64,000 nt of DNA from Mantamonas sphyraenae STR306 (taxonomy: Eukaryota > Protista > CRuMs): contig JAPMXV010000067.1 of assembly GCA_026936335.1 (NCBI GenBank), positions 62,001-126,000 on the forward strand. The letters are read 5' to 3'. Each line of letters begins with the position of its first letter. Position 1 is the stretch's first letter. The notes under the pieces were generated by a model. It saw only the letters and a list, made by a program, of their open reading frames with translations, was not told the DNA's origin and did no database searches. The translations under genes were made by a program, and so were the position numbers. Below are positions 16,613 to 29,697 of the stretch, piece by piece.

Positions 16613-17923
16613 ATGCCCCACCGTCCCACGGTCCCGCTCCTGTGTGTCGCATTGGGACTGCTTGTGTTGGCCCAGCATGCACACACACATGCCCTCGATG
16701 TCCTTTGGATGGCACCCTTCTTCTCACATGGAGGCTACTCCAGCGAGGCGCACGCGTTTGTGCGCACATTGATCAGGAACGAATCCCTCGTGCGCACCGG
16801 AATGCTCCCACACGGCGATTCGACAGACATGAACTTTGTGAAGTCGCTGAGCAAGGACACTCATGCCATGTTGAGCCGGCTACGTGGCAATGCCATGGCC
16901 ATGGATTCGTTGCAGCTCAACGGCGTGGTGGTGTGCCATTCCGAACCGGGAGCATGGTACACCCCACTGCCAATGTACCACACCACCCCGTGTCCCTTCC
17001 CTTCAGCCAATTTCAAGGTGGGGAGGACCATGTTTGAAACGGATCGGCTGCCCGAGGGCTGGGCGCCGCGGCTGGGGTACATGGACGAGATCTGGGTGCC
17101 CACAGCCTTCCACAAGGACATCTTTGAGAGGGCCGGTGTGAAGAATGTCCATGTGGTGCCGGAACCGGTGGACACACAGGCACTGTTCAATCCCGACTTG
17201 TTTCAAACTCCGTTTCGCTTCCCTGACGTGCCGGGCGCGGACAAAGGCTTCAAGTTCCTTGCAGTGGGCAAGTGGGAGGACCGAAAGGGATGGGACGTGC
17301 TCATCCACGCCTATCTCACTGCGTTCAACGCCGACGACGACGTGGTGCTGTTTGTCAGATCGAGAGGCTACCATTCCGACGAGGGGTTCACGGTGCAGCA
17401 GGAGATCACCAACATCACCGAGGCATTCGGCTTTGGGGACGCCAGCAACAATCGCAGCAGTGCGTCCATTGTCGTGCTTGAACAGGACGTTGACGAACAA
17501 TCCATGGCCAACCTCTTCCGCTCCGTCGATGTCTTTGTCCTTCCATCCCGTGGCGAAGGTTGGGGCAGACCCCACGTCGAAGCCATGGCCATGGGCACTC
17601 CCATCATTGCCACCAACTGGAGTGGACCCACAGAGTATCTCGACGACTCTGTGGGCTATCCTCTGACCATCGACGGTCTCGAACCCGTGGCATCCGGTGA
17701 CTTTGCCGACCACCTTTGGGCGCTGCCTTCCTTCGACCACCTCGTGCAGCTCTTGCGACACACCGCCTCCCATCCAGAGGAGGTCAAGGAGAAGGGCAAG
17801 CTTGCACGTGCTCGCATCCACACTCGTTTTGGCCTTGATGCCATGCAGCATGTCCTGCACGAACATTTCTTGCGCATTGCCCGCAAGATGCACGTCGTTT
17901 CGTCACGCCCACCCTGGGGATAG
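16613..17923 (+). CDS. GT-B glycosyltransferase family 4 with signal peptide or anchor
   Basis: GRTMFETDRLP, DEIWVPT, KWEDRKGWDVL and DVFVLPSRGEGWGRPHVEAMAMG motifs. Confidence 0.9.
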   Translation: MPHRPTVPLLCVALGLLVLAQHAHTHALDVLWMAPFFSHGGYSSEAHAFVRTLIRNESLVRTGMLPHGDSTDMNFVKSLSKDTHAMLSRLRGNAMAMDSLQLNGVVVCHSEPGAWYTPLPMYHTTPCPFPSANFKVGRTMFETDRLPEGWAPRLGYMDEIWVPTAFHKDIFERAGVKNVHVVPEPVDTQALFNPDLFQTPFRFPDVPGADKGFKFLAVGKWEDRKGWDVLIHAYLTAFNADDDVVLFVRSRGYHSDEGFTVQQEITNITEAFGFGDASNNRSSASIVVLEQDVDEQSMANLFRSVDVFVLPSRGEGWGRPHVEAMAMGTPIIATNWSGPTEYLDDSVGYPLTIDGLEPVASGDFADHLWALPSFDHLVQLLRHTASHPEEVKEKGKLARARIHTRFGLDAMQHVLHEHFLRIARKMHVVSSRPPWG

Positions 17924-18070
17924 GAAGAGATGATGATGATGATGATGCTGTTCATTCCCCACAAAGAGATTCCCCCCCTCCTCTTCTTTCCTCCCTTCAC
18001 TGATGCCTTCAAATACACCCTTCCTTCTCTCCTTTGCCCCTTTCTGTCGATTGGTCTGGCCCTCATCACA

Positions 18071-19259
<1,189 letters not shown>

Positions 19260-19364
19260 GGTGTGTGTGTGTGTGGGTTGAGATGGCTAAGCTTGCGCCA
19301 AAGAAACCCCACCACCCACCCCCCCACACACACCCACACACACCCATCCAGTGGCTACTCGCCC

Positions 19365-22300
19365 ATGTCTGCGTTCTTCAAGTGGTACGAACGCCTGGTG
19401 AAGCGAGACGGAGGAAACCGTCTGAGCATCCAGGAGGGGGAGGCGGAGCAGGAGGCCCAGTTCTACCAGGCCATTGAGGCGTACCAAGAGACACAGGACG
19501 TGGAGGCAGGTGCACAACTGCTGAAACTGATGCGAGAGTATGCATTCCCAGTGTCAGAGTTGTGGGCAGCTGTGCGAATCATGCTGCAGGCGCCGGAACG
19601 GGAGGCGCGAGACCTGGGGTTTTGCGTGTTGGACGTGTGCGTGGAGAGTCAGTACGATCAGTTGGGCATCCTTCGCACAGAGATCCTGCACAGCCTGGCC
19701 TCGTTGGAGGGGGATTTGGCACAGCGGATTCGATCGGTGTCCTTGTTGACGCGTGCCGGAAGGGACATTCACCCCTTTGAACGCACACTGGGCCGGCTGC
19801 TGGCACAGTGGTGCACTGTACATTTGCGAGTGGACGAGGGCATGACCGCCCTGGTGAGCAGCAGCAGCAGCAGCAGCAGTGGGGGTGGAGAGGAGGCAGA
19901 GAGTATCAGTGACAAGGACCAGGTGCGTGTGGCGCTGGTGGAGCTGTGCACCCAAGTGGTCCGCTTCAACTTTGCCTCGCTGATTGCCGACGATGTGGCG
20001 CAGGTGTTGCGTGCGGTGTGCCAACTCAGTGACAATGCTGGCCATGTGGACATGTTGCGTTGTTGCATGCAGTTCATGGATGTGCTGGTGCGCTATGGCA
20101 GTGTGCCGACGCACGCCCTGCCCGACTGCGTGCACACCCTGTGTCGTGCCGTCAACATGTCCACCGTCTCCACCAATTGCTGGCAGGTGTTCAAGAACCT
20201 TCTACAGAGCAGGTATGGCACCGATTGTGTCACCATCCTCTGTGCCATCCTGGATGACCACCCACGCAACCCGTTTCTCCTCCTTCGCGGCGCCGTCTAC
20301 TTCCTCGGCATGGCCTGTTGGAGTTCCGAACGCGTTGGATCCCTCAACTATTCCTTTGCCGGTGTGTTGGCGTCCTACGAAGGGGTGCTGCTCAGCCAAC
20401 ACGATCTGGTGGCGTACGAAGTGCTGCTGGCCGTCCACAGGCTCATCCTCAAGTTTGGAGGCACCCTGTACGGCGAATGGGACCAATTGCACGTCATTCT
20501 CTCTCGCATTCACAATCGCAGCTGGCACAGGTTGACCTCGTTCAAAACGGTGTTGGGTCGTGTGTGCCAACAGATCACCCAGCTGTGTCAACAACGCAGC
20601 CATCGTGCACACGCCACCAAGCTACAGGACATCCTGCGCATGCTGGTGGAGTATGACACGTCACTGGACACGGCACAGTATCTGGTGGAGGTGCAGGCAC
20701 AGCACACAAGCACGCTGGAGCCGAATTGGATGGAAAACCTGACGGAGTTGCTGGACATGTTCTTTGTGGGGGCCAACAAGCACACACGTCTGCGTCTGCG
20801 TGCTCTCCAGGTGCTCCACGAGGCATGCATGCACAATCACATCCTTGCGGAACAGGAGTTGCTGCAGGACATCGTGTTGCCATACCTTGGCAATGCCCCA
20901 CGCATCCGCCAGCCCGCGGTACGCTGTGCTGCACTGCGCATTGTCGTCTACGTGGGTGTGCACTACGCTTGCACAGAAGCCCAGTTTGCACAACTGATGG
21001 CCATCCTGCACAACAACCTCACGCTTGCCACCAAGCACGCCAAGGATCACCACCACAATCGACAACACAAGCAGAAGCAACAACAGGAGGAGCAACAGCA
21101 GCAGCAGCAGCAGCAGGAAGTCAACAGCAAGCAAGACAGTGACGGTGGGGATGGTGGGGATGGTGGTGGTGAACTTGTCATACCGCGGAGCAGTCGCGGA
21201 AGGCAACGACGGTGGGAAGGGACTGAGCTGAGCACAAACAGCATTTGGGTGTGTGCACACGGATTGGTGCAACTGCTGCAGGCCACCCTGTATCATATCC
21301 CGCAGAGTCAGAGTCTGATGGTGATCCACACCATGATCAAACACCTGCGTGTGCCACACGCCATGTCCAGACTGGTCATGGTCCACTGCCTGTGCAGTCT
21401 TCGTGCCACACGCCAGTACCGTGTCTACATGGCCCTGGGCAGTCACTTGGGGCGTGAGGACGACAACAAAGAGGAGGGAGAGGAGGAACAGAGTAGGGGC
21501 GGCGGCGACGACGGAGCAGCAACACACGAGCACCCTGCGGACGGTTCCACAGGCGGTGGCAAACGATCTCGACATCAACAGTATGCCAACGCAGACGTGT
21601 GTCCTGAATCAGACAATTGGGACACAGCGTCGCAGGGCCCGCTGTTTGTGCGGTGCCATCGCCGTTTGGGAGAATCCACCGCTGTCGGCAGCAGCGGCAG
21701 CAGCCGATTGACCTCACCAGAAACCTCACCGCCTGGCATACGGACAAGTGTGAGCACAAACAGCAACAACGGCAATGGGTCAGCCAACACGACGACGACG
21801 ACCACCACCACCACAAGTGTCACTGCAGCAAGCTACAACAACAACACGGTGCACATGCGCATGGACGACGTGCTGGACGTGACACAGCTGCTCAAGGCAC
21901 TGATGGGCATCCTGCGGTACGAAACCAATTGGAAAGTGTTCAGTGCGGCTCTGTCGGGTCTGCATGCCATGGTGCTCAACGTGTACCTTGTGCGCGACAT
22001 GAACCTGCAAGAGTTGACGGAATCGCTGTGTGACACGCTTTCCCGTTGCACCCTGGCCAGCCGTGTGGTCAACAGTCAGGAGTTCACCGTGAACGACCGC
22101 GTGAGTTGGTACGTGCGTGCCTACCGTCTGCTGGACGCCCTCGCTGGTCTCCATGCCATCAGTTTCCCCGAGATCCGGCTGCCTCGCAGGCACCGACGCA
22201 CTCGTAGGGCCATCCTGGGCTGTTTTGTGGCAGGGTTGCCTGTGCAGATGTCGCGACTGATGCGCATCCACTCGACGGACATCCAGACGGTGTGTTTGGA

Positions 22301-25300
22301 TGCAGTGGCACGGTGTGCACTGGAATGGCCATGGCTGGTGGAACACCATTACGACCAGATCCTGGACACCATCCAAAGCAATTGCATGTCACCCAGCACC
22401 GCGATGAATGTGTTGCAACTGTTGCGCACCGTGGCCCAGTGTTCGCAGATCAAGGTGGCCGACTTGCAACCCAGCCTGCAACGCAGCACCCTGGAGTACC
22501 TGTTGACCTTTTGCGACGGAAGCAACCACCCGGACATGGTGCTCACCATGGCTCAGGAAACACTCAGTCTCTGGTTCACTCGTATCCGATTGGCAGACCG
22601 CGCATCCCACGCCACCCTCGTGCGCGAGGCTGTGGCTCGTCTCAGTGCCAAACTGGGTTCGCGTGACGCATGGTCGGTGGGCATCCTGGACATGGTGTCG
22701 TGGTACAGTCACAGCGACGCCAGTCCTGCGCTGCCCACACCCACGGTGTTGGAACGGCAACTGATGCAGAACAGCAGCGAGGAACATTGGTTGGGTGACA
22801 ACGCCGTGGTGAGCATCCGAGTGGGCAAACTTGGCTGGTGTCAACTCACGCGTCGGACTCCCGTGGGCACAAGCACATGGTTGCTGCGAACTGCCGAGAG
22901 GGACACCATCCTACGTTCCAAAGACACCTTTGTGGTGGCCTTTAACCAGTTGTGTCTCATGGACCCTCGCCATGTGCCCGTGGCCGACGTGTGGGCCGAT
23001 GTGGCATCGCCGCAGGAGTTCAAACTGTGGATGACCATGCGACGCAACGCCAACATCGGCGATGCACCTGTCAATTACTTTGAATCCAACGTCAATGCCT
23101 TTGTGCATCTGTCACAGACTCACCCTCCCCATGCATTGCCCAAGGGGTCACACGCACCCAGCGAGTACACCCTGACCCTGGTGGACAGTCCCGAAAAGAC
23201 TCTCCTCGACGCACGTCGCATGGGCACGCGTCTCATTGTGCCGCGGCAATCCAAGCGCACACGCAAGCACACGACACAAGCGGACGAGGGTTCGGGCGGC
23301 TCCAAGCTGTTGGAGGCACAGGGGCAGGTGGGAGGTGGATCGGGAGGCATGTTTCGATCGCGATCCATGGATGCAGTGGGCTCCGCGCTGAGGCATCGCA
23401 AAGGGGAGCAAGACGACCACCAAGAAGGCTACGATGACGATGACGACGACGACGACGAATTGGTGTGGAAGGACGATTATGGGGATGTGTTTGAGAGCGA
23501 AGAGGAGATGGATGTGGACATGGAGGAGGATGAGGAGGAGGATGAAGAGGAGGAGGAGCTGGATGGAAAGAACGCCAGGGCAGAGTGGACAGTGGCCAAG
23601 ACTAGAGAAAAGGGTGCCAGTCAGGATGTGGAGGTGCCTCTGCATTGGTTGATGCCTCCCTTGCCTGGGTTTGAAGAGACGGCCACAGAAGAGCCTTTCT
23701 TCCGCATCGATGAATTTGATCTGGCCGGGGAGGAGGAGACGGAGGAGCAGAGTCTGCGTGAGGGGGAGGGACGACAGGGACGGAGTGTGGCAGCTGGGGG
23801 TGGTGCAGGAGGCAGCATAGGTACGGTGGCAACCGTGGCCAGCAGCAATGGGTCGAGTGTGGACAGCGGTGCGGTGGTTGTGGGACGGTTGTCACACAGC
23901 AACACGGGCAACAACACAGCCACCGCCACCAGCAGCACCAACAGCACCAGCAGCACCAGCAGCAACACTGTGTCCACAGCGGCTTCATCGGCTTCCGGTG
24001 GCACAGAGTCGCTTGCCGTGCGCAGCAGTCGGTCTGTGAGTGCCGTGAGCACATCGTCGTCGTCGGATGGAAGTGTGGGCAGTGGTGGTCAGGGAGGAGA
24101 TGGCACAGCCGCAGGGACGGTGTATTTGACCACCGAGGGCCAATTGATGTTGCACCGGCTGGGCACTCAGAGCAGTGTGTCGGAGAACGAACCGGTGGTG
24201 GAGGATGTGTTGGGACGGGCTGCGGGGAGTGTGCTGACCCCGTCCCACAGTGTGACGTTGATGCATGTGTGGAAGGGAATGTCCCCGTCGTCCATGGACA
24301 GCCCCGAGGGACCCTCCACACCCGTGTCAGACTCACCCGTGCCTGCTGACAGCGATGAGGATGCGGTCATCCGTCAGGGCAAGCCCGTTTTGTTGCGTGA
24401 TGACGATGACACGCCACGCGAGAGTCCTGTGCCCATGGGAACGGAGGACGAAGGCATGGATGGACCGCAGGGCATCGCAGGCGTCGAGTCGGACGACGGA
24501 GACACGGTGGCCACCCCAAGTGAGGCGGACAGTGTGGTTGCAGGTGCAGGTGCATCGTCCGTGGGTGTCGGTGGGGATGAGGATGTGAGCAGCATTGTGG
24601 TGCTTGTGGATGGAGCCGTGGAGGGCGATGGGTCGAGCGAGACCATGGGCAGTGAGGCGCATGGTGATGGCCTCTCCACACGCAGCGATGATGTCAAAAC
24701 ACCCACGCAGTTGAGTGTGGCAGTGGATGGGGACCAGGTGCGAAAGGCATTGGTGATGACACTGGAGGAGGAGCAGATGTACGAGGTGGATGAGGAGCAC
24801 GAGGAGGATGTTCGGCACAGGACCAAGGATGTGGGGGATGAAGAAGGAGGACGAGGATGGCAACACAATGCAGCTGTGCGTACGGCGTGGGGAAGCATGG
24901 ACAGCACACAGTATGCGCTGTTTGTGCAGGAGCAGCTGGCACACAGGACAAAACTGCGTGGATTGGAGGGGGGCGATGCGTTGGAACGCAGCATCCGGTT
25001 GTTGGACAAGACGCCGGCCACGTCGTTGCACAAGGTGGGAGTGGTCTATGTGGCACGTGGACAGACGACGGAAGCAGAGATTCTGGGCAACAACGTGGGC
25101 AACACGGCGTACCAGAGCATGCTGGAGCAGCTGGGCACCTTGGTACGACTCAAGGGCACAGACAAGTACACGGGAGGACTGGACAAGGAGAACGACGCCG
25201 ACGGACGGTTCATGGTGCATTGGGAGGACAGGTTCACACAGATGGTGTTCCATGTGGCCACGATGATGAAGAGCGAACAACCCGCGTGGAGGAAGCGACA

Positions 25301-26330
25301 CATTGGCAACGACTTTGTGACCATTGTGTTTGTGGATGGGGAGCAGGCGTACGATGCGCAGACTCTGGCGGGGCAGTTTATCTACGTGGTCATCATTGTG
25401 CGTGCCAAGGAGTATGGACTGTACAGTGTGCGCACACAGGTGCACGTGCCCCTGACATACAAGTTTGGTCCTCTGAATGGCGAGCATGTGGTCACCAAAC
25501 GGGCCTTGGGCGATCTGCTGCGACAGACAGCCTTGCATGCCAACATGGCTGCCACAGCAGCCGCAGCCGACAACAGTCTCCAGTATGCCAGCAGCATGAA
25601 CACACGCCTGAAACAGATCGAACGCATCCAGCAACGGTTTGTACACAGCAGTGGTGGCGAGATGATGGCAGCCAGCCACCACATGGGGATGGGGATGCCC
25701 TTTGCAGGTGACACCGATCGCATGCAACGCACAACGAGCACTGGAAGCAGCAGCAGCAGCAGCAGTGGCAATGGCAGTGGCAATGGCAACGGAAATGGCA
25801 TGGGTGTGGGGGATCGAGGGATGGGCGACGGGGTGGATGTGTCGAGTCCTGCCAGTGACGGTGGACGAGGCTATGGTAGTAGGAGCCACCATGGAAGTGT
25901 CCATGGAGAACAACAGGGTGGGGCGTTGTCAAAGTCGTTGAACAGCACTGTGGGAGGCTACTCTGTGTCTGGGGTGATGTCGGATGTGGGTCGCAGCCAG
26001 AGCACAAACACCCGACAGGGATCCTCACGCATGGCTCCATCGATGGGAACCATGCGAAGCAACAGCCACGGGGCTTTGCGTGGGTCTGCAGGTGGCTACG
26101 AGAACGGTGGAGGCAATGGAGGGGCCCTGCTGGACTCCACCACCCATGGATCCAGTCCCAAGGACAGGGTGTTCAAAAAGGCACGGCAGGCAAAGGATGC
26201 CATGATGCGTCAGGTACGCAACCGCAGTGGCAGCAAGACACGTGCACTGTCGGAGAATGACGAACGAGACGCTGCGTTTGTGATGGCCATGCCTCAGGTG
26301 CGTCGTCTGGAGGAGTTTATCGAGGACTAG
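19365..26330 (+). CDS. TSC2: Tuberin (TSC2)-like protein with C-terminal Rap/Ran-GAP domain
   Basis: N-terminal helical region with LLRGAVYFLGMACW; GAP motifs HKVGVVYV, YTGGLD, VFHVATMM and KRHIGNDFVTIVF. Confidence 0.88.
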   Translation: MSAFFKWYERLVKRDGGNRLSIQEGEAEQEAQFYQAIEAYQETQDVEAGAQLLKLMREYAFPVSELWAAVRIMLQAPEREARDLGFCVLDVCVESQYDQLGILRTEILHSLASLEGDLAQRIRSVSLLTRAGRDIHPFERTLGRLLAQWCTVHLRVDEGMTALVSSSSSSSSGGGEEAESISDKDQVRVALVELCTQVVRFNFASLIADDVAQVLRAVCQLSDNAGHVDMLRCCMQFMDVLVRYGSVPTHALPDCVHTLCRAVNMSTVSTNCWQVFKNLLQSRYGTDCVTILCAILDDHPRNPFLLLRGAVYFLGMACWSSERVGSLNYSFAGVLASYEGVLLSQHDLVAYEVLLAVHRLILKFGGTLYGEWDQLHVILSRIHNRSWHRLTSFKTVLGRVCQQITQLCQQRSHRAHATKLQDILRMLVEYDTSLDTAQYLVEVQAQHTSTLEPNWMENLTELLDMFFVGANKHTRLRLRALQVLHEACMHNHILAEQELLQDIVLPYLGNAPRIRQPAVRCAALRIVVYVGVHYACTEAQFAQLMAILHNNLTLATKHAKDHHHNRQHKQKQQQEEQQQQQQQQEVNSKQDSDGGDGGDGGGELVIPRSSRGRQRRWEGTELSTNSIWVCAHGLVQLLQATLYHIPQSQSLMVIHTMIKHLRVPHAMSRLVMVHCLCSLRATRQYRVYMALGSHLGREDDNKEEGEEEQSRGGGDDGAATHEHPADGSTGGGKRSRHQQYANADVCPESDNWDTASQGPLFVRCHRRLGESTAVGSSGSSRLTSPETSPPGIRTSVSTNSNNGNGSANTTTTTTTTTSVTAASYNNNTVHMRMDDVLDVTQLLKALMGILRYETNWKVFSAALSGLHAMVLNVYLVRDMNLQELTESLCDTLSRCTLASRVVNSQEFTVNDRVSWYVRAYRLLDALAGLHAISFPEIRLPRRHRRTRRAILGCFVAGLPVQMSRLMRIHSTDIQTVCLDAVARCALEWPWLVEHHYDQILDTIQSNCMSPSTAMNVLQLLRTVAQCSQIKVADLQPSLQRSTLEYLLTFCDGSNHPDMVLTMAQETLSLWFTRIRLADRASHATLVREAVARLSAKLGSRDAWSVGILDMVSWYSHSDASPALPTPTVLERQLMQNSSEEHWLGDNAVVSIRVGKLGWCQLTRRTPVGTSTWLLRTAERDTILRSKDTFVVAFNQLCLMDPRHVPVADVWADVASPQEFKLWMTMRRNANIGDAPVNYFESNVNAFVHLSQTHPPHALPKGSHAPSEYTLTLVDSPEKTLLDARRMGTRLIVPRQSKRTRKHTTQADEGSGGSKLLEAQGQVGGGSGGMFRSRSMDAVGSALRHRKGEQDDHQEGYDDDDDDDDELVWKDDYGDVFESEEEMDVDMEEDEEEDEEEEELDGKNARAEWTVAKTREKGASQDVEVPLHWLMPPLPGFEETATEEPFFRIDEFDLAGEEETEEQSLREGEGRQGRSVAAGGGAGGSIGTVATVASSNGSSVDSGAVVVGRLSHSNTGNNTATATSSTNSTSSTSSNTVSTAASSASGGTESLAVRSSRSVSAVSTSSSSDGSVGSGGQGGDGTAAGTVYLTTEGQLMLHRLGTQSSVSENEPVVEDVLGRAAGSVLTPSHSVTLMHVWKGMSPSSMDSPEGPSTPVSDSPVPADSDEDAVIRQGKPVLLRDDDDTPRESPVPMGTEDEGMDGPQGIAGVESDDGDTVATPSEADSVVAGAGASSVGVGGDEDVSSIVVLVDGAVEGDGSSETMGSEAHGDGLSTRSDDVKTPTQLSVAVDGDQVRKALVMTLEEEQMYEVDEEHEEDVRHRTKDVGDEEGGRGWQHNAAVRTAWGSMDSTQYALFVQEQLAHRTKLRGLEGGDALERSIRLLDKTPATSLHKVGVVYVARGQTTEAEILGNNVGNTAYQSMLEQLGTLVRLKGTDKYTGGLDKENDADGRFMVHWEDRFTQMVFHVATMMKSEQPAWRKRHIGNDFVTIVFVDGEQAYDAQTLAGQFIYVVIIVRAKEYGLYSVRTQVHVPLTYKFGPLNGEHVVTKRALGDLLRQTALHANMAATAAAADNSLQYASSMNTRLKQIERIQQRFVHSSGGEMMAASHHMGMGMPFAGDTDRMQRTTSTGSSSSSSSGNGSGNGNGNGMGVGDRGMGDGVDVSSPASDGGRGYGSRSHHGSVHGEQQGGALSKSLNSTVGGYSVSGVMSDVGRSQSTNTRQGSSRMAPSMGTMRSNSHGALRGSAGGYENGGGNGGALLDSTTHGSSPKDRVFKKARQAKDAMMRQVRNRSGSKTRALSENDERDAAFVMAMPQVRRLEEFIED

Positions 26331-26350
26331 AGGGATGATTGTGTGATCAA

Positions 26351-28115
26351 TCAATCAAAATAGTCTTCCAGATCGATGTCTGGGTTGAGTAGATCGTTGC
26401 CATACATGCTGACGTCCAGCTGATTGAGGATGAGATTCTCCATGGTTTCCTCGAGGTCTGTGTCACCCAGCAGCATGGCCCCCTGCACACGTCCACGTTG
26501 CAACACAAGCTTGACATACTCCAGCCCCGGGGTGGAACGGACCAACAATTCGTGCTGGTCTGTGTCCAGGCCCTGGGCGTTGAACAGCCCCAGCAGGATG
26601 AGCTTGCGGCCAAAGAAGCGGGTGACATGGGCAAACAACTCGAAACAGAAATCCAGATCGATCTCATCCTGTGCCTCTGCCATGCATCGTGCTGCATGCA
26701 GACCCATGTACCTGGCTTGACTCCACAGGCGCATCTGAAACCAATGTGGCGACGGGTCGGCAAACACACACGTGCATGCATCCCCTGCTGCGTAGATGTC
26801 TTGCACAGAGGTGGCCATGTGATGGTCGACCACCACGCCTTGGTCGTTCTCATCCACCACCATGCCTTCCACCTCTGCCATTAGGGCCGTGTTGGGTGTG
26901 ACTCCAGTGGCAGACACCACACAATCCACCCTGTACTCTCGTCCATTGTCCAAAGTCACCACAAGTCCCTCCGTGTCCTCATCCTCTCGTATGCTTTCCA
27001 CCTGTGTTTCCAATTGCAAGTCCACACCTGCACCTGTGGGTGTCTCGTCGTCGTTCTGTTGCTCAGCATCCTCATCGTCTGCAAACCACTCCACCTTGGC
27101 CTGTGGCAGCCCTGCCCCATCGTTAGGCTGTTCCACATCCATGTTTCCGTCCAAATGCTGCGTCAATGTCTGTGTCCAATGTGGCCCCATGGCGGTGCCA
27201 GCCAACGAGGCGGCGCCTGTGAGTTCACCGCCAATGACCTCGTCTGCCCCACCCCCGTGCGTCCACCGGTTGGGTTTGATGCGTGTGTCTGTGTCTCCCA
27301 CATGGTCTCTGCTGCTGATTGTGGAGGAGGAGGAGGAGGAGGAAGGGGCCTCCAAGTTGAGCAGGGGCAGGACAAACTCCGAGGCCAAATGGTCCATAAA
27401 CGTGTTGCCAATGTGTTCGTGTTTGACACTCCACACCACACTGCACTGTTGAGCCAATTCAGACACCAATTCCAGAGCAATGCCTCCGTTGCCCACCAGG
27501 AGCACCCTCTGTGCCGACTGCAGTCGTTTGCTGAGTTCCCTCACACTGTCTGTGTCTCGGATGCCCAACACGTGTGGATGATCCATGATCGTGTGTGCCG
27601 ATCCACCTGCACACCAGCACATTCGCCTGTATGCCTGCCATGTATGGCCAGCGGACCCGTCTTTGAGGATTCTCACACGCTGTGTGGTGGTGTGTCAGTG
27701 TCGTTGTGCTGGGAATGTGGGGATGTGGGGATGTGGGGATGGGATGCATGTACCTTGTTGGCTGCGTCTATCTTGTCCACGTGGCCGTGCACCACCTGGA
27801 TGTTGCCGTATTGCTGGCTGATGGACTGCGCTTCCTGCTCTTCCACGTCAAACTCCTCCAGAAGCTTGCCCACCGTGCGTACGTTACATACAGCCTGGCA
27901 ATGGATTCGTGGTCACAATGGGGTTGTGTCAGGCCGTGGAAGAGGGTAGCCATGGGCTGAGGGCGTTGTGTGGTGCTCACCTTGAGCAGGGGAGTGGCCG
28001 AGACAAGCAATACGGGGTCGTCTGGACACAACCTGGCCAGATTCTGGGCACAGGTGACACCTGCAATGCCACCTCCCACCACTACAAAGGGATCGGGTGT
28101 GGTGTCCGTGTCCAT
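26351..28115 (-). CDS. PYROXD1: Pyridine nucleotide-disulphide oxidoreductase PYROXD1; spliced
   Basis: [51 protein letters not shown] and terminal DIDLEDYFD. Confidence 0.92.
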
Positions 28116-28167
28116 CCTGGGAAGGGGGTAGGGGTGCGATGGTGTGGCCAAGTCGTCGCAGACACCC

Positions 28168-29697
28168 ATGGGCAACAGCAGCAGCAGCAGCAGCAGTAGC
28201 ACCAGCCTGCCGTTTAGCAACACGGACGACGACGACGCAGACACATCCATGCGCACACGGGTGACACTCACGTACAAAGGGTACACCGAGTTCCCCACCA
28301 CCAAGGTCCATGCCGGCGTCAAAGATCTGAACCTTCTGGGCAACAAGCTGCAGTCCCTTCCCGCCGATCTGCTGACCATCCTTCCACACTTGCAGGTGTT
28401 GGATGTCCGTGAGAACAAGTTGCAATCCTTTCCCCAGTTGGATGGGACGGAGGAAGGTCAGCCACACCCGCTCAGCAGTCTTCTCTTGTCCAGCAACGAC
28501 CTGGGCGAGTTTTCCACCACCATGCTGCAGCATCTGCCCTCCTTGACCCTCCTCAAGCTGGACAGGAACAACCGCATCAGCACACTGGAGCTCCAGGAGG
28601 ATGTGGTCCACGAAGCGCTGCAGGAACTCGACGTGCACATGTTGATGCAACTCGACACGGTGCCCAGCGCCCTCCTGCGTGTGTTTCCCTCTCTCGAGCG
28701 CTTGAGACTGCGTGCAACCGCAGTGAAGGACGTCTGTTTGGATGGGGCACCAGGGAAATTGAATCTGCTGGATGTGAGCCGTTGTGAGCTGGAAACGCTC
28801 AGCGAATCGATCTGTGCGCTGCAAGAGCTGACATGGCTGGATGCAGAACACAACCCACGGCTGGCACATGTGAGTGACCATTTGTCAAGCATGGGCCAGT
28901 TGCGCACTCTGAAGCTGGGTCATTGCGCCCTGGAAAGCGTGGACAATGTGGCATGGGAAGATCTGGCCATCACGCACCTGTATCTGGAACACAACCAGTT
29001 GCAGAGCATTCCTGATGGGATGATGACCATGCCGTTGCAGGAACTGCGCCTGGAGAACAATCAGCTGACGGAATTGCCAGGAAAGATGAATGAGTGTGCC
29101 ACGTTGTCCACCCTGGATGTGTCCCACAACCTGTTGGACAGCATGCCTGTGGGCATGGACAACATGCTTGCGCTGAGCAGACTCACCACAGTGGGAAACC
29201 CGTTGACGGAGCTGCCTGAGGAACTGTTGGAGCTCCGTTCGGCAGGAAGCCTCACCATCATCTCCCATCTGCCAGACAAGATTCTGGACAAGGTGTACCT
29301 GTGCGACCGTGTCAGCGCTGCCAACAAGGAGGCGCTGCAGGGCCGGGGTGTCACGCACGTGCTCCGTGTTCTGAATAGCGAGATGGAGATTCCGCACCAG
29401 GAAGTATTCACCATCAAGGTCTTTCCTGTGTCCGATGAAGCGTCCACGGATCTGTTGGCGTTGTTTGAAGAGGCACATGAGTTTATGGACGAGGGTGTGG
29501 AAGCTGGGGGTGTGGTGGTGCATTGCATGGCGGGCATTTCGCGGTCAGCCACGATTGTGATCTCCTATCTGATGGCCAGGCACGGCATGCGCTACGCAGA
29601 GGCTATGGAGCATGTGAAGCAGCGCAGACCCATCATCAGCCCCAACCCTGGGTTCCGAGAGCAACTGAAGCAGTACGAGGCACAGCTTGGCCTGTGA
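28168..29697 (+). CDS. LRR-containing dual-specificity phosphatase, probably N-myristoylated
   Basis: MGNSSS start, about ten LxxLxLxxNxL repeats, [12 protein letters not shown] active site and [11 protein letters not shown]. Confidence 0.9.
   Translation: MGNSSSSSSSSTSLPFSNTDDDDADTSMRTRVTLTYKGYTEFPTTKVHAGVKDLNLLGNKLQSLPADLLTILPHLQVLDVRENKLQSFPQLDGTEEGQPHPLSSLLLSSNDLGEFSTTMLQHLPSLTLLKLDRNNRISTLELQEDVVHEALQELDVHMLMQLDTVPSALLRVFPSLERLRLRATAVKDVCLDGAPGKLNLLDVSRCELETLSESICALQELTWLDAEHNPRLAHVSDHLSSMGQLRTLKLGHCALESVDNVAWEDLAITHLYLEHNQLQSIPDGMMTMPLQELRLENNQLTELPGKMNECATLSTLDVSHNLLDSMPVGMDNMLALSRLTTVGNPLTELPEELLELRSAGSLTIISHLPDKILDKVYLCDRVSAANKEALQGRGVTHVLRVLNSEMEIPHQEVFTIKVFPVSDEASTDLLALFEEAHEFMDEGVEAGGVVVHCMAGISRSATIVISYLMARHGMRYAEAMEHVKQRRPIISPNPGFREQLKQYEAQLGL

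Noticed and set aside
28168-29697. LRR-phosphatase fusion as a novelty
   Set aside because: LRR-DSP proteins are already known from several protist lineages.
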